From: Camelus dromedarius
Lineage: Eukaryota
Direction: 5' to 3'
Assembly (NCBI RefSeq): GCF_036321535.1
Contig: NC_087436.1
Span: forward strand, 117,182,001-117,246,000
DNA length: 64,000 nucleotides
A program made the translations under genes and the position numbers. The notes beneath the pieces were generated by a model. That model made no database searches, was not told where the DNA came from, and worked only from the letters and a program-made list of their open reading frames with translations. Below, piece by piece: positions 25,184 to 38,700 of this stretch (the stretch's first letter is position 1; the number at the start of each line of letters is the position of its first letter).

Positions 25184-28100
25184 TTAGCCCCGAGGGAGGT
25201 CAGAGTGGGCTGGATTTTGTCCTTGACTCACAATGATACACAGGAGCCTTGACCTTGGATTCCTCGGGGCTGCAGAGGAGATGACTCTTCTGAGGACAGA
25301 GAAAAAGAGCTGCAAACTCCCAGGTCAGGGAAGCTTCAGGGGGAGGGGAGGTCACCCCAGGGGTGGACCTGTCCGGAACTCCCTCTAAAGTGCTCACAGG
25401 GAAAGAATTCCAGCCAAAGCATCTGCCGGCCCCAGAGACCTGACCTAGTTCCTCACCACTCTCATCCTGGACGGTCAGACACTGGTTAGAAGCCGGTGGA
25501 AGGGAAGGAAGAAAAACAAGAAGCAATCATCTCCCCGCAGTTCTTTTCACTGCAGACCCCAGCCTGAAGCAGACTTGGACTGGGGGAGAGAAAGCGGGTC
25601 ATTCATTCAGGCCAATTTGATTATGATTTTAAAACTGTGAGCCTAGGACTGAGACGGGGCAGGGTGGGGAAAGTCACCCCCACTGATTAAAATTTGAAGG
25701 ACTGTAGGAGACAAAAGCCAAGGTTGTCTTTTGATGGCATCATGAACTGTCTGTCTTTCAGCCTTGCTACAGTTCCCTTTGTAAAGTATGGGGCAGGGAG
25801 CTTGGCCCATGGAGAGCTGGATACATGCTAGCCTTCGTTATAATTAGTTAGATACTCAGTATGAAGACATATAAAGAAAACTGCCCCATCTCCTCCACCT
25901 AAGAGCCTTGGGAGAGTGTTCTCCCCGCCCTTCCTGAGTCTCATCTCCAGCAGCATGGGCCTCAGAGGCCCCTGGACCCTGTCCTGCCGGTGGAGGGGTT
26001 GGAGGGGCGCCAGTAGCGGGGGCACCTTGTGATGTCCTTAAATTAGAACCTGACTTGGGGTAAGATCAGTGATTCCAGCTCTATTTAACAGTTTTTGCTG
26101 TCTCATCGCAGTCCAGGAGGGTTTTATTTATGGAAAGGCCTGAGGTCATCTATAACTTGGGGGAAATAAGGACTGAGAAGTCTGTTTTTAAAAAGGAAGT
26201 CTTGTGGTTAAAGAGCAAGATAATCGAGTTATTGCAAGACCCACTCACCCTACCTGTGCAGGAGTTGAAAAGCATCTCAGCCGACAAGACTATCCACTTT
26301 CCTTTCCTCCAGAGTGAAATAAGCAAACGTGGGGACGCAGACCTCGTGCTCTACTGAACACATCAGACTCCACCCAGCACCACTCATCTAAGACTGACTT
26401 TCCGTGGCAGCTCATGGTTCTGTGTGAGGCAGGTCACACGTGTTTTTAAAAGCATGCCTTCTTGTTTGAACAGCTCCTGAGAAGGAAGTGCAAATGGCAG
26501 GGGTCTTTGTGACAGTGGTGATGTATAAGAAGCCCCTTCCCACATGCCATCGTTTCTCTAGTAGGTGTTTACTGAACTACTACTACGTGCCAGGGTGACC
26601 TCTGCCTGCAGGCGGCAAGAAGTCTAGACTGCGCTGTGAAATGCCAAGACCTCGGCTCATGCTGGGACCAGGTACCCAGGAGCACTGTTGAGGGCCACTG
26701 AGGATTCTCTGGCCTGAGGCCGATGGAGGAGGTCCCCTGGGTCCCCTGGGTCTGGTGGCCTTGTGGCCCCTCCCTGGTCACTGAGACACCACAGTGTCAG
26801 GCTTCATGGATCAGAACTCAGGTTCTGGGATCCGAGACATGGCATTCAGTCGGGCCTCTGTGACAGGACTGTGGCCTCAATGAGCTGTTTCTCTGTGCTG
26901 CAGTGAATGTTTCTGTAAAACAGCCATGATAATACTGGGCTCTATCTCTGTGGACTGCTGTGAAAATTCAAGGAGATAATCTATGTGGTGAACTTCTCAC
27001 CATGCTTGATAGTAAAACCGCTCTTTCCCGTTGAATGTTTAGCGTGTGGGGTCCTATGCCGGGCATTATATACCTCTATTAACTCCTTTAGCCTTCCCGA
27101 CAACCTATGAGCAGGCATTAACATTATCCCCAGTTTACAGCTGAGAAAACTGAGGCCTGGGCAGTTAGGTCACAAAGAGTGGGAGAGAGGCAGAATTCAA
27201 ATCCAGACAGCCTGCTCAGGAGCTGCCCAGGCTGCAGGCCACTGCTTGTAAGTGTTTATGACGGTTATTACGTCATCGCCTCTGTCATTGGCAGAGGGGA
27301 CCTGTTCATTCATCATCACACTTAGGGAAAGCACTTCATGCAGCCTTCCGTATAAGCAGGGCATCGTGGCTATTTTTATTATTTGAATGGGTCACATGGT
27401 ATCATATAGGCTGAAATATTCTATTTAAAATCACCTACCCACATATCCACTCACACCTTTCTTGGCAGAAGATGGGTAGTAATTACTTCTAAATACAACA
27501 CTTCTCCCTATAGCTGCTGAACATTTCCAGGAAATCTCTGAACACTCGCTGGAGAAAGCCAAGTTCATGTACTCCACTGTTGGCTAAGCTCAGTCCCCCG
27601 GGAGCGAACTGTTGCCCAAGCTCCGCTCTCGACATTCCCGCCACCTTTCTTCCCCGGTCCAGGCACCGCCAGCACCCAACTCCGGGGATCAGTAGCATCT
27701 GCTTTTATCCAAGATGGAAACCAGACCACGGCCATTGAAGTGGCCGCTCTTAGGGAAGATTCCACGTGTCCTTGCATTTAAGACACCGTGTATCACAGTC
27801 TGTACCACCGACTGGTCTTCTCAGTAATACCTGGAATCCACTCACTGTACTCACGGACTGCATGGTTCCAGGAATGCTGACTTGAAGATTCAAGGAAATA
27901 CAGGGTGTCCAACTCAGTTCAAAGGCTCTCGGAGGTCCTCAGAGCCAGGTACAAGTGCCATGGAATAGCAGCAAAGCCACCCATGACCCAGGTTCCACCC
28001 CGGATCCCATGTCTCCAGCATCCCCAGCCCTACATTTCCTCTACAGCTGTTGTTCCCAATGAGCCCAGGTGGATCACATCTCTGCACGTCCGTACACACT

Positions 28101-28649
28101 GTTCCCATTCCAGAAGTGCCCTTCCAGCTTCCCCCCTCCTCCTACCAACGGTAGCTCCAAGGGAGCCACCCATCGGAGGTACCTCTCTATTTTGATGCTG
28201 TGGGAAACGCTGGGGCTTGATTCCCCCTGTGTGGCTACTGGCTGGGAGGCGTCAGCACAGACATTTCCTTTGTCTCCACATCCCTCACAGCAAACAGCAC
28301 CAGCTGCCAGGAGGCTGAAAGACTATTATGCAATGAGCTCCCACCAGGCCTGGTACATAGTAGAAGCTTAGTCGGGTTGGTTGCCTTACCTTTTCCCCCA
28401 GCTTTCTGTCTTTGCTCTTACTGAGATAGCAGCCAAGCTGTAAGATAAAACAAACAACACACACACACCAAAGAGCTGTAGTGAAAACTCCACTTACGTG
28501 TGTGTCATTTTTCAATTCCATGATCTTTTTAAAAAATCTTTTTAATTCACATACCATAAAATTCATCATTTAAAAGTAGTTTTCAGTATAATCACAAAGT
28601 TGCATAACCATCACTCCTTTCTAATTCCAGAATATTTTCATCATTCTCA

Positions 28650-29100
28650 TGAATGAAAAATTAATCAGTCAATCTAAGAAAGAAATGGAAATTTTTATTT
28701 GAGCCAAATTTGAGGATTATAACTTAGGAAGAGCATCTAAGAAAGCTCTGAGAAGTGTTTCACCCATTAGGAGTCGACGCAGTTATATGAGTTTTTTGAG
28801 ACAGAAGGCTGTACATTAAATGACCTATTATTGACAGTTTACACAATCAAGATCTAAGCATGTTCATGGTCCCTTACAAGATCAAGAAGGAATGTTATCT
28901 TTTAAGAAGTTGTCTTGTTGATGCTAGAAAAATGTCACTCTTTACAGCTGAGCAGACATTTCTGCCCGTGAGGGAGTCTGGTGGATGCGTAATGCAGATA
29001 TCCAACACACAGAAGAGGGGACAGTGGAGGCCAAAGGGCAGAGAAAATTTTTTATGTATAAATTCTTCTTGTCTTGCCATAAAATATGAATTTTATTTCA
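28650..29100 (-). mobile_element. ERV solo LTR inserted in an old L1 3'UTR fragment
   Basis: tgaatgaaa...ttttatttca with reverse poly(A) signal (tttatttgagccaa). The L1 text attttcatca../caccccaaaagg resumes on the other side. Confidence 0.75.
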
Positions 29101-29163
29101 CACCCCAAAAGGTAACCCCACACCCATCAGCAGTCACTCCCCTCTCTGCCCTCTCCAGTCCCT

Positions 29164-29810
29164 CAGGTTCACTTGCCCAATGCACAGCAAAGCCAATCTA
29201 TGGATGCTGAATTGTGGTGAAGGAAAGTACAGCATTTATTGCAGGCCACAAGCAAGGAGAAGGGGCAGCTTATGCTCAAAAGACTTGACTCAAACTCCTC
29301 GATGGCTTTTGAAGGGTTTTTAAAGATAGGGTAAGGGAGGGGTTCACAGGGTACCTGATCATCTTGTGCACAATTCTCTGATTGGTAGGTGGTGAGGCAA
29401 TAGAGTGACATTTTAGGAATCTAAATCATCAGTCTTCTGGCTCCAACCAGCCTGGAAGTCTACATTCATCAGTCGGGGGCTACCTGCTGATGGTCAGCAG
29501 TTTCCATCTGGTGGGGTCCTGGTTTCTGTAGAAACAACTCAAGAATGTGCATCAGATTGCTCTCTGTATCCCTCAGGAGGAGCCATGAGTCCTGTGACTC
29601 TGTTTTATGATTGGCTTGCTTATTGTTCAAGTTACGATTACTTTTCTTGCATGATTACATTTTATTTCTGCATTCCCCATTTCTTTAATTATCAACTTCT
29701 TGAGCTTGATCTTTGAAACTCAGAGAGGCCAATGCTTTTCCTACAAACAAGAAGTGGGGCACATGGAGGGTTCTATTACCAGGAAGGCCCCAGGGTCCTG
29801 CTTGGTTTCG
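29164..29810 (-). mobile_element. ERV1-like solo LTR inserted in the same L1 3'UTR fragment
   Basis: gcacagcaaagcc..gcatttattgcagg..ctctgattggtaggtggtgagg..ggtcctgcttggtttcg. L1 resumes with ctggtagccactcatctg. Confidence 0.75.
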
Positions 29811-30751
29811 CTGGTAGCCACTCATCTGCCTTTGGTCTCCTCTCCTGGCCTCATACAGGGAGCTCCCCACCAAACTGAAAGCTGGCATCCGCCTGACAGG
29901 TCCCTCATAGGCCAGGGAGTCGTGCTGACCGGTGAGATCAGAGGAATTTGCAAATATACATTGTTATTATGTACAGAAAGGGGAGCAGAATGGATGGTAC
30001 TGACCAAGCACTGGCCACCGCCCCTTGGCCAGCTCTGCACTTCAGGGGTCCCTGCTGCGCCACCCTCCTGTGATCCCAGCACTGCCCTGGGACCTCTGTC
30101 ACAGGGAGTCAGTAGGGAGACACCACAGGGAAACCCTGCAGCTGTGAGAGACAAAGGAGGGCTGAGGGCCCTGTGGTCTCCACATCACAAAGGGCGCATG
30201 CCCGCAGGCTCCTGTCCTGAGCCCAGCTGAACCTTCGCCCGTGCAAAGCCTTTCCAGGTCTGGATGGGTCTTCTTTTCTCCTTGGCTGTCTCCGTGTAGC
30301 TTCTTAGGAAATAAGACATTCAAGAATTGGGCATTGAGAACTTTGTTTCTCATCTTCCTCCCCATGAGACCTGCCCCCTGTTGCCCTCTCTCCTTTCTGA
30401 AGCACAATGAGAGTTTATTTGTAAACCTGGGCTAAAAAAAAAATCGGGACGAATGCTGGCTTAATCAGCATAATAATTCGAGCTCTGTGCATTTAGGCTG
30501 CACTATAGGCAAATGGTGCTGCTTGAAGTGGCTCAAAATGCTTCTGGAATGGTGCCTGTGATAGACCCTCCTTGCATTTCACAGCCACAGCAGGTGGGAA
30601 AAGTAAAGGTTCCCCCACCCCCCAGGATGAGCTGCGTCCCGCCCTTCATCACCCTCACTTCCTCCGGGATGTTCACAGACAGGAGCAAGGTGGGCCGGGT
30701 GCTGTGGGCCCCGGAGGCATTTGGGCATTGGCACCAATACAGCAGTAGTTT

Positions 30752-31288
30752 TATTGCAAGAAAATGGGGTGCATGAGAGGATGGTTGTGTCCTAGGTCTC
30801 CAGCAAATCCCTGAGATGCACCCCACCAAGTGAGTGTCCTTGGCTTTGTACAGAAAGAATTCAAGAGCAAACCACAGTAAAGCGAAAGCAAGTTTTTTTA
30901 GAGAGATACACACTCCATAGACAGTGTGGCTCATCTCAAATGTGACAGTGGCCCCAGGGGGTGGGGGTGTTTAGTTTTTATGGGCTGGGTAATTTCACAG
31001 GCTAACAAGTGGGAGGATTATTCCAACTAGATTTCCAGAAATTGGGTCACTGCCCACCTTTTTGGCCTTTTATGGTCAGCCTTATGGCTCTCTTGGTGCC
31101 AGAAGGCGTGTAATTTAGCAGCTAATACAACACAACCAGTGTATAATGAGGTCAAGGTCCATTGGAAGTCAAATCTTCTGCCATCTTAGGCCTGGTTGGT
31201 TCTAACCAGTTTTTGTCACATCCTGTTTCTCTCAATGGCTGTGCCATTCTCTTAATGGTTATGCCCTGCCCCCTTCCTTCCTGTCTCA
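30752..31288 (-). mobile_element. ERV1-like solo LTR (family B, copy 1)
   Basis: Clearly homologous to 32317-32810 (gtccttggctttgt, gtgggagga(t/c)tattccaacta, ggttctaaccagt, tcctgtctca end). Flanks gttt/attt. Confidence 0.85.
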
Positions 31289-31771
31289 ATTTCCTCTGTG
31301 CACCTACTGTGTGCCAGGCCCCACAGTCAAAGCATTATCTGATCCCTCTCTCACAATTGCCTGAGAGGTGTCTGTGGCTGTCCTCGTCCCTCAGGTGAGG
31401 ACAAAGGGATTCCGAGGGGCCGTGAAAATGGTTTCCAAGACCACACAAAGAGGAAGTAGTAGAGGGGAAATAGCCCAAGGACCTTGGAGTAGGCCAGCCC
31501 TTGGCTTCCCTGAACTCCTCCTTCTCAGAGTCACCCCGCAGGTAACCTCCTCACAGGTGGCTCTGAGGGTTCACCAGCCCTGTGCGTGGAAATGCCAAAC
31601 ACGGGGGCCTGGTGCTAAACCAGTGTCCATTCCCTCTCGCAGCTTTGTTCGTGGGACTCGCACTGGGCAAAGGGACCTTGTGCAAAGAGCAGAAGCTGCT
31701 TGGCCCAGAGGCCCAGCCCCCAGATAATGACCAAAGTCCTCATAATTCACTAGCCTCCTCTTCTTCCTCAG

Positions 31772-31904
31772 GAGAGCACCTGGCCATACCTGTTTGGAGT
31801 GATTGCCATCCCTGCCTTGGTCCAGCTGGTGAGCCTGCCCTTTCTCCCCAAGAGCCCACACTACCTGCTCTTTGAGAAGCATGACTGGGTGGGAGCTGAG
31901 AAAG
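31772..31904 (+). CDS. SLC2A9: SLC2A9 exon (human exon 6 equivalent): [44 protein letters not shown]
   Basis: Acceptor ttcttcctcag|GAG, donor AAAG|gtaggg. 133 nt, overlaps ORF 31799..32020. Confidence 0.95.
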
Positions 31905-32089
31905 GTAGGGGGCCCTTAGCCTGGCCCATGCGGCCCCAGCCTCTTCATGGGGGTCAGCACTGCAAGGTGTGCTGGGACCAGGGCCACCCCTCTCTGCAGG
32001 TGCTGTGCTGGGTTCCCTAGGACACCCTGATCCATATCATCTTCCCAGCAGCCTGCTGTGGGTGGCCCTGGGAGGGGACAAAGATCAGC

Positions 32090-33072
32090 ATCAACTGAAA
32101 AAAAAAAAAAAAAGCACAACGTGAGAGCTGTGAGTTAAGTTTTATTTAGGGCCAAATTAGCACTATCGCCCGGGAGACAACCTCTCAGATAACGCTGAGG
32201 AACTGCTCCAAAGAGGAGGGTGAGGTGGTCAATATATATGTGATTTTGGTGAAGGGGGATACGTGCAGTCAAGCACACACTTTGGCAGAAGGTTACTGCT
32301 GGTCACAAGAAGGTTGTGTTGCAGAAGTAGGGAGAACTCAGGTGAGTGAGTCCCTGGGACAGGCTGCCAAGTGAGGGTCCTTGGCTTTGTGCAGCAAAGA
32401 GTGAGCCAGAATAGAGTCAAAGGGAGTTTATTTAGAGAGGTACATGTTCCGTGGCAGAATGCAGTCCATCTCAGAAGGGGAGAGTAGCCCCCGGTGTGGT
32501 GGTGGTTAGTTTTTATGGACCAGGTAATTTCATATGCTAAAGAGTGGGAGGACTATTCCAACTATTTTGGAGAAGGGGTGGGGATCTCCAGGAACTGGGC
32601 CACCTCCTACTTCTTGGCGTTTTATGGTCAGCCTCGGAACTGTGGGAGGGCTACTTAGCAGCTAATGTATTGCAGTGAGTGTATAATAAGGCTCCAGGTC
32701 TATGGAAAGTTAAATCTTGGGCCTACCTGGTTCTAACCAGTATTTGTCCCATCCTCAATGGCCATGTCATTCTTTTAACAGTTGTGCCTGCCCCCTTCCC
32801 TCCTGTCTCATTTGCTGCTAGTCACAGGGAGCAGATGTCTCCATTAATGCTTCTAGTGCTTTTCTAGATATGATGCAAGACATTGGGCTCATAAAATCTC
32901 CTCCTGGAAGTCTCTAGCTACCTGAAGCACTGCTCTGCCAGTTTTCCCGGAGCAGAGGGCCTCATTCCTGACCTCTGCCCTAAGCTCCTCTCAGGGTGTG
33001 TTAAAGGTCAGAGGCAACAGTGGCTAGTGACTTCATTCCTGTAGAACCAGATGGCAAGTGACAGTTAGTGAC
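32090..33072 (-). mobile_element. ERV solo LTR (family A) interrupted by a family B LTR
   Basis: Segments 32090-32316 and 32811-33072 together are colinear with the uninterrupted copy at 59522-59970. Confidence 0.85.
32317..32810 (-). mobile_element. ERV1-like solo LTR (family B, copy 2), nested in the family A LTR
   Basis: TGTTGCAG...TGTCTCA termini. 4-bp TSD gttg/tttg. Confidence 0.85.
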
Positions 33073-35374
33073 AGGGAGTCTGGAAAAGCTAGGACAGAGC
33101 AGGAGAAGATCCAGGTCCACTCACTTCATGTCTGTCCATCGCCCCCTCTCGGGTGGTCCCAACCACAGAGATGCTGCAAACCCAGACTTCTTAGCGGTTT
33201 AGGTCTTTTTGGGCCCTCTTTCCACTCTTGTCTTCCTCACTAACCAGCTCTCCCATCTTAACATTAACAACAAGGAAAGGGGATACACAGGCACAGAATA
33301 AGCACTCACATCACACCAGCACAGGGCCGCTGTACCAACACCCACCCGAATGTTCCCATCAGCCCTGCAGGGAAGCAGAAAAGTACCCGTTTTACAGGAG
33401 GGGAACAGGAGGCCCACGTGGGGCTTGGCAGTCGCCTTGTGTAGTTTTCCTTAAATTCCCTGAATGGGGAGGTGCTGGGCCAGTTCAAAGCACAGCTCTA
33501 AGAATCAGAGGCATTTCTATAGAGCCCAGAAAAGGCAAAGTCATTTTGCCTGGAGATAGAAATGTAGAATGAACAACAGAATTCCCATCCTTTTAGTTTT
33601 ATAAAACAAGATACGGTCAGCAGCACCGTGGTTAAGCATGAGGACTCAGAATAGTAGTGCTTCCTTCACATCCCTGCTCTGCAGTCTGTCCTTGGCCAAT
33701 TCTTTTCACCTCTCTGATTCTCAGAACCCTCGTCTATAAAAAGGAAATGATATAAACGTCCCCCATGGGCTTGTTGTAAGGATTAAATTAGATGATTATA
33801 TATATATGCGGTTCATAGTACTATCTGCTGTCATTATTACTGAAGACTCTGTCCATTTCCCTGTTATCCATATCCTGTCCTCTAATCTAAATTTCACTAA
33901 TGTCAACATCCAAGAAAAAAACTGAGAATTATATGAAGTCCTTAATATAATTTGTGCAACATCTTTTAAAATCCAAACAACCTCGGTATTTTCTGAATTA
34001 ACCAAAGTCATGATGAAATGTTAGTAGCCGCCTGTGTTTGTCTGGCAGTTCGTGGTTGGGATCTATTTTCTCGTTTACAGCATGTCTAGAATGTGAAGTC
34101 AGAGAACAGTATCGTTGCCTTTATTTTCTGGATGAAGAAACGGAGGCTTAGAGGGGTGAAGTGCCTTCCCCAGGGCTGTGGTTATGTGGTTTTTGGTTTC
34201 TACAGGCCTTTACAAATTGATGGAGATGGCAGAGCTTTCTTCAGTAGAGGGCCCACATACACAACACGTGTGGAGCTTGGTGGTGGGGTGGAATGTGAAC
34301 CTGCTCTCTCAGAAGCCCGCAGGGGACCCTGGTTAATGACCCCTTCCCCATCTCACAGCCACAAGTGACGAAAGAAGGACTGGAACCTGAGGGTGATTTT
34401 CCTCCCACCACCCTCACACGTAGAGGGACACCAGTGGGTAATGTTTGAGGGGGGTTTCCCCTGGGGCCCATGGGGAGGCAAACCATCCAAAACTCAGGCT
34501 TCAGGTTGATTATCAGAAGGTGGAGGTTCTGGAGTTAAAACAAAGCGGCTGAGAAAGAGCTGAGAGGATCTGATTCCCAAAAGCACCTGGCTTACGGGCT
34601 GTTGGAAGACAGCTTTTCCTCCAGCTCCATCTCTCCTGGCGTGCGAGATGCCCGTCCACCCATCTGGCTCCACTCGGGAGGAACTCTTGGGAAACGTTCC
34701 AATTAAGTACAGTTGGAATGGGCAGAGCATGCAAATACCAGACAGCAAAGAAGATTTAAAAGATTTATTTCACAGCACAGCAGTGAGTGAGAGAGAAGGC
34801 CAGTTGTGGGAAAAAAATGATAAATATTGCATGTGCACTTTATAAAAAGAACAATGTTGGCCTTAGATTGGAATAGAATATTGGAATCTGCGTCTGTCCT
34901 AATGAAAGTGCTCATGTCACTCCAGGCATCCGGCAAACAATGGCTATTTACTGTGCTGGGTGGTCTGCCCAGTGATGGGGAGAGGGGAGCAAACACTGGC
35001 CTTCCAGCCCTCCAGGAGCTGAGGGGGGCATCTGGTTAAGGCAGATGGACACACTCCTCATCAATAGCTCATCTGCATTGAGAACTATTTATTTCATCCT
35101 AAGAACTTCACGTGTATGAGATTGTTAGTCCTTCACAACAACCATGGAAAGTAGATCGCATTATTATTTCCATTTTCAGACCCCCAAAAATGACGATGGG
35201 ATAATTTGACCAAGGACACAAAGTTAGCAAATGGCAGCACTGGGATTTGAACTCTGACAGTCTCGCTCTGGAACCTTTGAGCATAAATAAAACACTTTAT
35301 TCTCTAGCACTTGGTTTGGCATGGTGGGAGAAACACCTTGCCTAGTCTGTTGGTAATTTGGTGGACATGCCCTG

Positions 35375-35770
35375 TAGCAGCTAGCTGTTGCTATAATAAT
35401 GCTGCATAACAAACTATCTCAGAACTCACTGGCTTAAGACAGGGACATTTATTGTTCCCAAGTCTAGGGGTCAGCTGTAAGTTCTCTTAACCTGGATAGG
35501 GCTCGCCCTTGCAGCTCTTCTGGTCTCAGCAGAAGCTCTCTCACATGCCTGGGGGTCAGCCGGCTGATCCAGGGTGGTCAGCTCTGCTCCATGTGCCTCA
35601 TCCCCCAGCAGGCTAGCTCGGGCATGTTCTCCTGGTGAGCACAGAGGTCCCAGAGAGGGGAACTGAAAAGCAGTTCTTCAAGTTTCAAAACAGCTAAAAT
35701 ACTGCAGGCTAGAGTAAGTCACAGGGTCAAGCCCCAGATCGGAGCGGGAGGGGCTACGCAGTTACAGAGC
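35375..35770. mobile_element. Old MaLR LTR (MLT1-type)
   Basis: tagctgttgctataataatgctgcataacaaactatctcagaactcactggcttaagac..ctccatgtgcctcatcccccagcaggctagctcgggcatgttctc. Another MLT1 fragment lies at about 36140-36390. Confidence 0.7.
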
Positions 35771-38700
35771 GAAGGGCAAAGACGCAGGGGAGGCCGCAAT
35801 GAGGGCCGTCAGCGCAGTCAGTCCACACCACACGCCCCTTCCCGCTCTCCCACCCCTCCCCACCCCCACTTCAGAGTGGCCAGGGATGAAGTCCCAGCCC
35901 TGGGTCTGATCTATTTGTGCCCTCCTGCCAGTGGAGAAGCCCCCAGCATCTCTAAAAGGGGAAAGAGCCCAAATCTCCACTGTGAGAAGCGGTGGTTTGT
36001 TTAATTGAGTGGAAGTGAAGTATTAGCACAGGGAATGTGATAAGGCAACGCCTCACACATCAGGGGCAGAGAAGCCACATCTGTCAGGGCCCTTTGGGTT
36101 GTAAGAGACAGAGACTCAAACAGCATAAGCAAAAGGGAAACTTCTGAAGACGGCGGAAGGGGCCAGGAGCCGAGGAAACGCAGGCAGCGTCTAGAAGCTG
36201 GAAAAGGCCAGGGAATGGATGTCCCTTTAGAGCCTCCAGGAGGGGCAGAGCCCTGCCGACATCTGGATGTCAGCCCAGCGAGGCCCACTTTGGACCTCCG
36301 ACCTCCAGAACTGCCAAGTGAGTCTGCACTGTTTTAGCCCCTCTGGTGATTTGTTCGTGGTGATTTATTAGAGCAGCACAGGAAGCTCATGCCTCATGTC
36401 AAGGAAGGAAAATGAGTCATGGTTGAACTCGGACTTCACCTTCATTTTAAATATAGTTTGTTTTATTTACTTGAAGTCTCAAAATTGTTGGACATTCCGA
36501 TTGCTTCTAATTTTTATTTATAATAAATAATGGAGTGAAATGCCTCTGTGCATGAAAGCCTTCAAAGCTTTCTCTTGCCAATACACCATTTTATTGCTAT
36601 AACGTGTCAAATGCCTTCTCCACAACAGGTGCTTTGCTTTCATAATCTCCGATATCATAAATCTCCAGAACCTCAGAGCCCTCAGACAGAAAATCAGAGA
36701 GGCTAGTGGAGACAGAAATAAGGTTTAAAGTCAGCCAACCACACTCCAGTCCTGAGTTCATTACAGGGCAGGGCGCTGCCTTGAGTGTGTGGTTATAATT
36801 ATGACACATTACGTACATACAGACAAATATATTAGCAAGAGATCATTGCCCCATTGGTTGCTAGGTTTAAGGCTCAGAAAATGTCCACTGCAATATTGTG
36901 ATTTTTCTATATTTGAGCCAGGGTTGAACTCCAGATATGCGTCTGTTGCATCAAAGAACAGTTAAGTAATTACTTGCATTTCGGTATTCAAAACCAAAAA
37001 TTCTACCCCCAAGCCAACTTGCTTCACTTATGTAACAAACAATTAAAAGATGATGGTAGCTTTTTGAAGGCATGCTTAGTAGTAATGCTCAGTGGGGAGA
37101 AAATAGAACATTAAATAAATCCATGTGATCACAGAAGTGTGGAAATAATAGAAATAAACAGGGCAGGAGGGGAAGGAGGCAGGCCTGGGTGGAGACTTGT
37201 GCGAGAGCTGTGCTTTGTGCTGTGTGGGCTCTGGATAGGGGAGGATGCCGGAGGTGACTCGGTGCTCCTGAAGCCTCCTCCCTGCTAAATGCATCCACAA
37301 AAGCCAAGCCAGGTACCCTGGAAGGAAGCCCTGGGGCGGTCATCCCCTCTCAGGCCCTGCTCTTGCCTGGAGGCTCCTGGCCAACCGTGTCCACCTGGGG
37401 ATGGCTGGAGAGAGGAAGGGACAGTTTCGTGCCCTGTGCTCACACTGGTCAACTAGAAAGACCGTACCATCTCCTGAACCTGGCAGAGGGACACGGCACT
37501 CTGTCCCTCCGAAGTCTTACCTCTGCCTCCACGGCCACCTGCTCTCGGGAGACCTGGCCCTGCTTTCCCTCTTACGATGTAGCCATGATGAGTGAGCTCT
37601 GAGCATCTCCCCACTTTGCCCCCAGGAATAGCTGTCTCCCAGGGCTCCTTGTTCCCTGGCTAGAGAGCCTGCTGGTGGGACAGGCTGCAGAGCCCAGGGA
37701 AACAGGGCTCTTCCTGCAGAACATGCAAGAGTCCACAGCGGGCAGGAAAACACAGCTCAGAGCCACCCCTTAAAAGCCCGGCGCTACCCAAGGTGCCCGG
37801 CTTCCGGCCTCTCCCCAGCCTCTGCCTTCCCCCCTCATCTCCAGGCCTCCGCTCTGCCTCCTCAGGGCCCCTGAGCTCCACTTTCTTCTCCTTCTAGTAT
37901 GTGGAGCAGCTTCCCTCCCTCCTGAAGCTGGAACCAGCTGACTGGCAAACCTCTTACTCCAGACACTTATCAAAATATTTTTCTCAGCCAAGACAGTTCT
38001 TTCCTTGAGAGACATTCTGGTGTCAGCCGTTAAGTGTACACACTTTCTTTCCTTCTCTATTCTGGGGGCGTCACTGCTACGATGTTGAGGCGCCCGGGCT
38101 CTCTGGAAGCCCCCTGCGTGTGGGCTCGGGGTGGGTGGGTTCTAGCCTCCGCTTCCCAACACTGCAGCGCTGGGAGCCCTGGGAGCCCTGGTGAGTTGCT
38201 CAGCGTCTCAGATGAGGCTCAGTTTTCTCACCTGTAAAATGGGAGTAACACAGATGCCTAGCTCCAGGGACTGGAAGGATCAGAGAAGATTATGGATGTG
38301 AGAAGACTGCAATGTGCAAAAATGCTGTACAAAGTCGGCTGTGGTCATGACAATCATCAGTCAATCCAGACACTCATCGTTTATCAAGCAGGTCATTGCC
38401 AAGGAGGGGAAGGAAATAACTGCCCATAGAGGCCCCAAGCACCCCAGGCCCAGCCAAGACCCAGGGTCATGCAGAAAGATCCTGAGCCTTGGGAAGACCT
38501 TCCATGTCACCCAGTAATACTGGACCTGTCTCAAAGGGCTGTCGAGGGGCCCAGGAGATGCTGCCTTGTTGGAAATGCGTGTGCTTCCTTCTTGCCCAGC
38601 TGACTCCTCCTCAGTGCATCTCTGCTGGGGTTGGACTTCGGTGTCTGGGCTGTGCAGTTGGGTCCTCTAAGAAGTGGACACCAGGGGGACTAGTGGGCAG

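Noticed and set aside
26005..26026. Second CTCF-like motif (gccagtagcgggggcacc)
   Set aside because: The spacing does not fit the core consensus; too weak to call.
30752..32810. Provirus or LTR retrotransposon formed by the two related LTRs
   Set aside because: There is no PBS, gag or pol between them. The interior is host intron plus an SLC2A9 exon, and each LTR has its own apparent TSD.
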